A stretch of 56,072 nt of DNA from Octopus bimaculoides (lineage: Eukaryota): NCBI RefSeq assembly GCF_001194135.2, contig NC_068984.1, forward strand, positions 74,202,575 to 74,258,646, in the 5' to 3' direction. Below, piece after piece: positions 50,195 to 56,072 of this stretch. Within the stretch, counting starts at the first letter, position 1, and every line of letters begins with the position of its first letter. Under the pieces are notes generated by a model that was not told where the DNA came from, did no database searches, and saw only the letters and a program-made list of their open reading frames with translations. The translations under genes and the position numbers were made by a program.

Positions 50195-50653
50195 TCACAG
50201 CAACAACGCTCTTCTCAGCACGTGTGACGTACCAGTTAAGACAATCTTTTACACTTTCTGCATAGATGGTAAGCTAGGGGTCACTCTTGAATAATTTTCA
50301 GTTCCTTTTTTGATCATTCCAAGTGCTCCTACAATCACTGGTATTGTAACCGTCTTGAGATGCCACATATTTTCGATTTCGATCAAAAATCTTTATATTT
50401 TCTGAGCTTATCAATTTTTTTTTGCCGAGATATTATGGTCACAGGGTATGCTCATGTCAACCAATAAACAGACTTTATTGTTTTTGTCTTTCACAACAAT
50501 ATCTAGTTTATTTGTCTTAATGTTCCGGTCTGTACATACTGAAAAGTCTAAAAGAATCGTTACATTTTCTCCCTCAGTTACAGCTTCATGGTGGTGCTTG
50601 TACCATTTGTCAGCAGTTTTGATTTTATAATGCCGACACATTATCCAATGTAG
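50195..50653 (-). mobile_element. R4/Dong-clade LINE 3-prime fragment (REL endonuclease), different subfamily from 32740
   Basis: HWIMCRHY...KWYKHH...VTILLDF...TDR.IK.NKLDIVVKDK...CLLVDMSIP.D.N...MWHLKTVTIPVIVGALG...VLRRAL. Its 5-prime junction abuts a (TAA)n run at 50654-50757. Confidence 0.85.
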
Positions 50654-50673
50654 ATTATTATTATTATTATTAA

Positions 50674-50758
<85 letters not shown>

Positions 50759-50761
50759 ATA

Positions 50762-50976
50762 TAAGGCAGCGAGCTGGCAAGATCGTTACGGTTCCGGAGA
50801 AAATGTTTCGCAGCATTTCTTCCGATCTTTTACCGTCTGAGTTCAAATGCCGCTGAGGTGGAATTTGCCTTTCATCTTTTCTGGGTCGATAGAATAAGAA
50901 TCAGTTTAACATTGGAGTCGATATAATCGCCTAGCATTTCCCCACAATTCCAGACCTTGTACCTGTCGTAGAAAGG

Positions 50977-51041
<65 letters not shown>

Positions 51042-51272
51042 TACAACCGTTATTAAACCGGTGAGCTGGCAGAATCGTTAGTACGCCGGGCAAAATGCTT
51101 AGTGGCAATTCCTCCGACTTTATGTTCTGGGTTAAAAATCCGCTGAGGTCCACTTTGCCTTTCATCCTTTCGGCATCGATAAAATAAGTACCAGTTGAAC
51201 CTTTCGGTCGATGCAATCGGCTTACTCCTCCTCCAGAAATGCTGGCCTTGTGCCTAAATTTGAAACCATTAT
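50762..51272 (+). mobile_element. Two SINE-A copies separated by (ATT)n
   Basis: Copies at about 50762-50967 and 51057-51272 carry the gcctttcatc...gtcgata motif. Confidence 0.82.
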
Positions 51273-51403
51273 TACAATTATTATTCCTGCTATTACGACC
51301 GCTACCACTACCTTTGCAGCCACTTTTCTCACCACCACTCTCAACACCACCACTTGTTCGTTCATCATAACCATTACTATTACCGCTATTATTATTGTAT
51401 TAG

Positions 51404-51650
51404 GGAGCATGACTTAGTGGTCAGGGTGTTGCACTCACGATCGCGTGATCGTGGTTTCAATTCCTAGATGCGTTGTGTTCTTTAGTAAAACACTTCCTCA
51501 CACATCGCTCTACGATCACTTCGACACCTGACGCGTGGTACACGTTCAGGCAACGTCGATTTGATGGAAAGAATGAGCTAATGTACAACACATACATTTC
51601 ATCTCTATAAACACATAATTTGTGCAGGTTGTTCAGTAAGAAATAGCAAA
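51404..51650 (+). mobile_element. Old tRNA-headed SINE
   Basis: gacttagtggtcagggtg...gtggtttcaattcc...gttgtgttctttagtaaaacactt. Confidence 0.5.
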
Positions 51651-52109
51651 GCTGTTTTTCTCAGACTAGCATAGATTACCATAATACGTTATTATTGTTA
51701 TTGTTGTTATTACTGTTAGTGATACCAATACTACCAAAATACAAGCTTGGGGTGGAATTTGGGTTAATGTCGGTATGAATGTTGCGGTTAACACCATGAC
51801 TGGCGTACCTGTTATTCGTATTACTAGGGGGTGGTAAATCGATGTCTTGCAGTATGCATGTATAATTATATATATATANNNNNNNNNNNNNNNNNNNNNN
51901 NNNNNNNNNNNNNNNNNNNNNNNNNNNNNNNNNNNNNNNNNNNNNNNNNNNNNNNNNNNNNNNNNNNNNNNNNNNNNNNNNNNNNNNNNNNNNNNNNNNN
52001 NNNNNNNNNNNNNNNNNNNNNNNNNNNNNNNNNNNNNNNNNNNNNNNNNNNNNNNNNNNNNNNNNNNNNNNNNNNNNNNNNNNNNNNNNNNNNNNNNNNN
52101 NNNNNNNNN

Positions 52110-52158
<49 letters not shown>

Positions 52159-53365
52159 GCACGTGTATATGTAGCTATATCTGTATACATTAATGTACTA
52201 TGTAATGCATCTATATAATTAGTTTTGCTTTATTTCCAGTCCATCATCATAGCTTGATTTGTAAATGACGGTGTTAGTGGAATTGATTGAAAACCCGAAT
52301 TATGTAAATCGTCGGTTTTCTTGTCTTTTGAATGCTGTTTCATACATAATTCATGTGGCAGAAAGATATGTCCCCAAAAAATGATCAACTTAAAAACTAC
52401 CTTAGTTTGATGCATAAATGAATATCTCCCATTGAGAGCACGATAAATTTCGAAAACTAATTCAAGATGTTCATCATTTTCTTCAACCTACGGAGAAATA
52501 GTTAAATTTACTCTATTTGTAAGTCTACTACATAGGATGCGTATACTATATCGTACAATAATATAATATATTCATAAAATTACGATTAAAATACTACTTA
52601 ACAACAAAAGTCTCAGATAAATAACATCAGGCTGTTTGCTTTTAGACAGAATTTAACATTTTGTAGGAAATATTAGAAATAGACTAAACGAAAAGAAATG
52701 GTGGAATATCTATCTTCACAGCTGAGTAGAGTTCCATATTGTTGAATACCAAAGCCTATTTTCAGAAATACATATATTAATTCAGGTTTTCGTATATTTC
52801 CATCTACCAAAATCCGCCTCAAGTTAGACAACACGAAGCTATAGCAGAAGGCTTTTGCTCAAGATAGAATGCAGTTGGATCGAACAAATATGTCACGAAA
52901 CAAACTACACAACTATGGCTGTGCATTGCGCTGCATAAATATATATTTCCAGTTTATATCCAGAATGCATTATAAAAGAATTTACCCACCGCTTATAGCG
53001 TATGGTAGACCTGAATAATTTAATTTCTTGGTGAATGTTTCAATGATTCATGCATTAAATATATTAACATTCATTTAACTAGCGCGTATTATTTATTTAT
53101 TTTTGTTCACGCTGTTAGCATATATGTTTTATGTAAATTCTAGCTATAGATATGCTAACATAAATCAACCCACGCATGTATTGCTTAAATGGCCTAATGT
53201 CCTGTAGTGTGCATGAAGAGTCTAAGTGCGTGTATGTGTGTAAGTGAGTGACGGATGTATACATGCACTCATACACACACATACATATATACATGTATAG
53301 CATACATACACATACAGTGTATACACACATATATACATACATACATATATATATATATATATGTA

Positions 53366-54989
53366 CAGGGGTTGGACAAAATAATGAAAACGCCTTGTTA
53401 AATACAAGTTTTATTATTTTTATTATTTAATATGGAGTCGGTTCTTCTTTGGAAATAATATTTCGAGGAATTGATTCGTACAGGTTATGAACGGTTGTTA
53501 GGGGAATTAGGAGCCATTCTTCAAATAACGCTTCCGTTAGCCCTTTCGGTGATAGTGAAGCGAAGGGAAGCCGTTCCTGGCGATAGCGAAAGGAAGCGGT
53601 TCTTGACGTACTGACCAAAATACACGATAAAAATTCGATTGTATTGAAATCCTATGATTAAGGTGGGAATTCTAAGTGATCTACTTCACTTTCGTGCACT
53701 TCATACCAATTTTGAATAATATTAGCCGTGTGAATTGGTCCATTATAATTCTAGGATATTACCTTACCATCAGGGAATATTCAGGTTACTTGGTGTTAAC
53801 TTAACAAAGGGCAACCACTAAAAGCCAAGAAAATTCTGTGGTATGGCTTCCCGAATGATCACAGAGCCACCCCTTACTTCAAACTAGGGGTCAAAGTGTG
53901 AAAGATGAAGGCTTCTTTGGGCTGTCTCCAGACATATACTCGCTCCGAAGTGGGAAAAGATTTGAATGGAGATTTATCAGAGAAGATGATATTGTTCCAT
54001 TGAGCTATTGACCACTCTCCGATTATGAATGTTGATGATGGATAAATGAGGTTTAGCAATTGTAGCCCTCCCAAATGTAACCGTTTTATGGAGATCACGA
54101 CGAACAGTTTTGTTTGATGGAGGTTTGACAAGGTAGTAGTTTTGCACTGCTGTCAAATTTACTGTCGTAGTTCGATGGTTTTTAGAGACAATACGCCTCA
54201 CTATTCTGCAGTGTCTCTTAGTAGACTTCCTATTCCGTCCACAATTATGCTTGCCAGATCTGGTTTTTTCCTTGGTTTTGGATTGACAGCATGATTTTAC
54301 ACATTGCACCTCTCAAAATACTCAGTTCAGCAGTTTTATCAACTGTAACACCAATCATCCATGCTCAGACAAATTTCCATCTTTGCAAATCTGATACGTC
54401 GCGCAATTTAACTTATGTAAGTATATATATCTGTAAAAACAAATAAATGCAAGGCTATATCATGAAGGAAAACACATACAGAGTGCATACTAACACATAT
54501 ATACAGAAAAGAATACTTGTTACATAGTCAATAGAAAAATAAATAGGCGCAGGAGTGGCTGTGTGGTAAGTAGCTTGCTTACCAACCACATGGTTCCGGG
54601 TTCATACCCACTATGTGGCATCTTGGGCAAGAGTCTTCTACTATAGCCTCGGGCCGACCAAAGCCTTGTGAGTGGATTTGGTAGACGGAAACTGAAAGAA
54701 GCCTGTCGTATATATGTATATATATATATATGTATGTGTGTGCATATGTTTGTGTGTCTGTGTCCACACCAACATCCCTTGACAACCGATGCTGGTGTGT
54801 TTACGTCCCCGTAACTTAGCGGTTCGGCAAAAGAGACCGACAGAATAAGTACTAGGCTGCCAAATAATAAGTCCTGGGGTCGATTTGCTCGACTAAAGGC
54901 GGTGCTCCAGCATGGTCGCAGTCAAATGACTGAAACAAATAAAAGAGTAAAAGAGTAAAAGATATTTCCATTATTTTGTTTAACACCTG
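53366..54989 (-). mobile_element. Full-span decayed Tc1-like transposon with DD36E spacing, TA target, and nested SINE-B
   Basis: TIRs caggggttggacaaaataatgaaaac (from 53366) and ttccattattttgtttaacacctg (to 54989), each flanked by TA. Transposase motifs IIFSDKSPF..RVYVWRQPKEAF and (D)NGPIHTA...PP*S*DFNTIE. Confidence 0.85.
54541..54962 (+). mobile_element. SINE-B full copy nested in the Tc1-like element
   Basis: aggcgcaggagtggctgtgtgg...gcagtcaaatgactgaaacaaataaaagagtaaaagag. Confidence 0.92.
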
Positions 54990-55871
54990 TATATACATAC
55001 ATACATACATACATACANNNNNNNNNNNNNNNNNNNNNNNNNNNNNNNNTATATATATATGGAATACACGCACATACGCACGCACACATACACTCACGCG
55101 CATATACGCGCACAAATACTCACGAACCACAGAGGTCTTCGTGCTGTTTCGATAAGAAAACGTACGCATCTTGTCATTCTGCCCTACTGGAATCCAACAA
55201 AGAAGGCTAGTTTCCCAGAGATAAATTGCAGAAGAAGGCTTCATTTTGATACTGACACTTTTGTTCTCTATTACACTTAACGACTGTGCAAATACGTGTG
55301 TGTGTGTGTGTGTGTGTGTGAGTGTGAGAGAGGCATAGCTAGAAATAGGAGTTAAATCCCAAACCACGAAAACACTAATTCTTGTTTTAGCACGTTGAAT
55401 GCAGACAGTCAGGACAATTTGAGAGAGTTCAAAACTGTTTAGTCATTCCCGTACTTCGACGTTTCGTCCTTAACGATTGAATACACTAATTGATTAATCA
55501 ATTAATCAATGTATTAAACCATCTATGGCTAATCAGCGAGAATTACTATGGACATATAGTTATAAAACTCAATTCATACTGCATCAGACAGGATACACTG
55601 CATATTGAGTTTACAGTTTTATATATCGAAGAATTCAATAAATGACCCACAAACAGCGCGCCAAAAGCCAGAGTAAAGCAACAGTGAATGAACATTCCGC
55701 AGCGAATTATCTGACTCTTAGAATTAAAACTAAAATATTTAAAATTTAAATATCTAATAGGTGTGGGAGTTTGGCCGTGTGATTACTTCCTAATTCTAAG
55801 ATATTAGTTACGCTACTGGCAGATGTTCCAAACCTATGTAACGCATCGCTTGCTCGCTAACTTATTTTTCT

Positions 55872-56072
55872 TTAGGCGCAGGAGTGGCTGTGTGGTAAAT
55901 AATTTGCTTACCAACCACATGGTCCCGGGTTCAGTCCCACTGCGTGGCACCTTGGGCAAGTGTCTTCTACTATAGCCTCGGGTTGACTAAAGCCTCGTGA
56001 GTGGATTTCGTAGACGGAAACTGGAAGAAGCCCGTCGTATATGTATGTATATATATATATATATATATATAT
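55872..56072 (+). mobile_element. SINE-B 5-prime half, cut by the window end
   Basis: taggcgcaggagtggctgtgtgg...ccttgggcaagtgtcttc...gaagcccgtcgtatat. Confidence 0.9.

Overview
Eukaryotic, AT-rich, microsatellite-saturated genomic DNA with many N gaps (roughly a fifth of the window). The SINE set and repeat landscape point to a coleoid cephalopod, most likely Octopus (inference). The one securely identifiable gene is a single-coding-exon achaete-scute (ASCL1/ASH-type) proneural bHLH gene on the minus strand (7456-8739) with a greatly expanded Ser/Ala/Thr-rich N-terminus. About 1.6 kb upstream is a candidate core promoter (TATA-like at -31, TCAGTT initiator, Hairy/E(spl) class C site). Just downstream of the stop codon is a ~165-bp-arm inverted repeat. 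The rest is a mosaic of three tRNA-derived SINE families (including a recurrent dimer and module-swapped variants), RTE and R4/Dong LINE remnants, Penelope-like remnants carrying hammerhead-ribozyme-like motifs with a U4C core, and decayed DNA transposons (mariner, maT DD37D, DD36E Tc1-like, Chapaev3-like, hAT end). A second promoter-like island (NRF1 palindrome plus RFX X-box) at ~16.0-16.5 kb and scattered exon-like segments hint at a divergent plus-strand gene that I cannot identify. All alignments, identities and family names are from reading by eye and recall, not from database searches.
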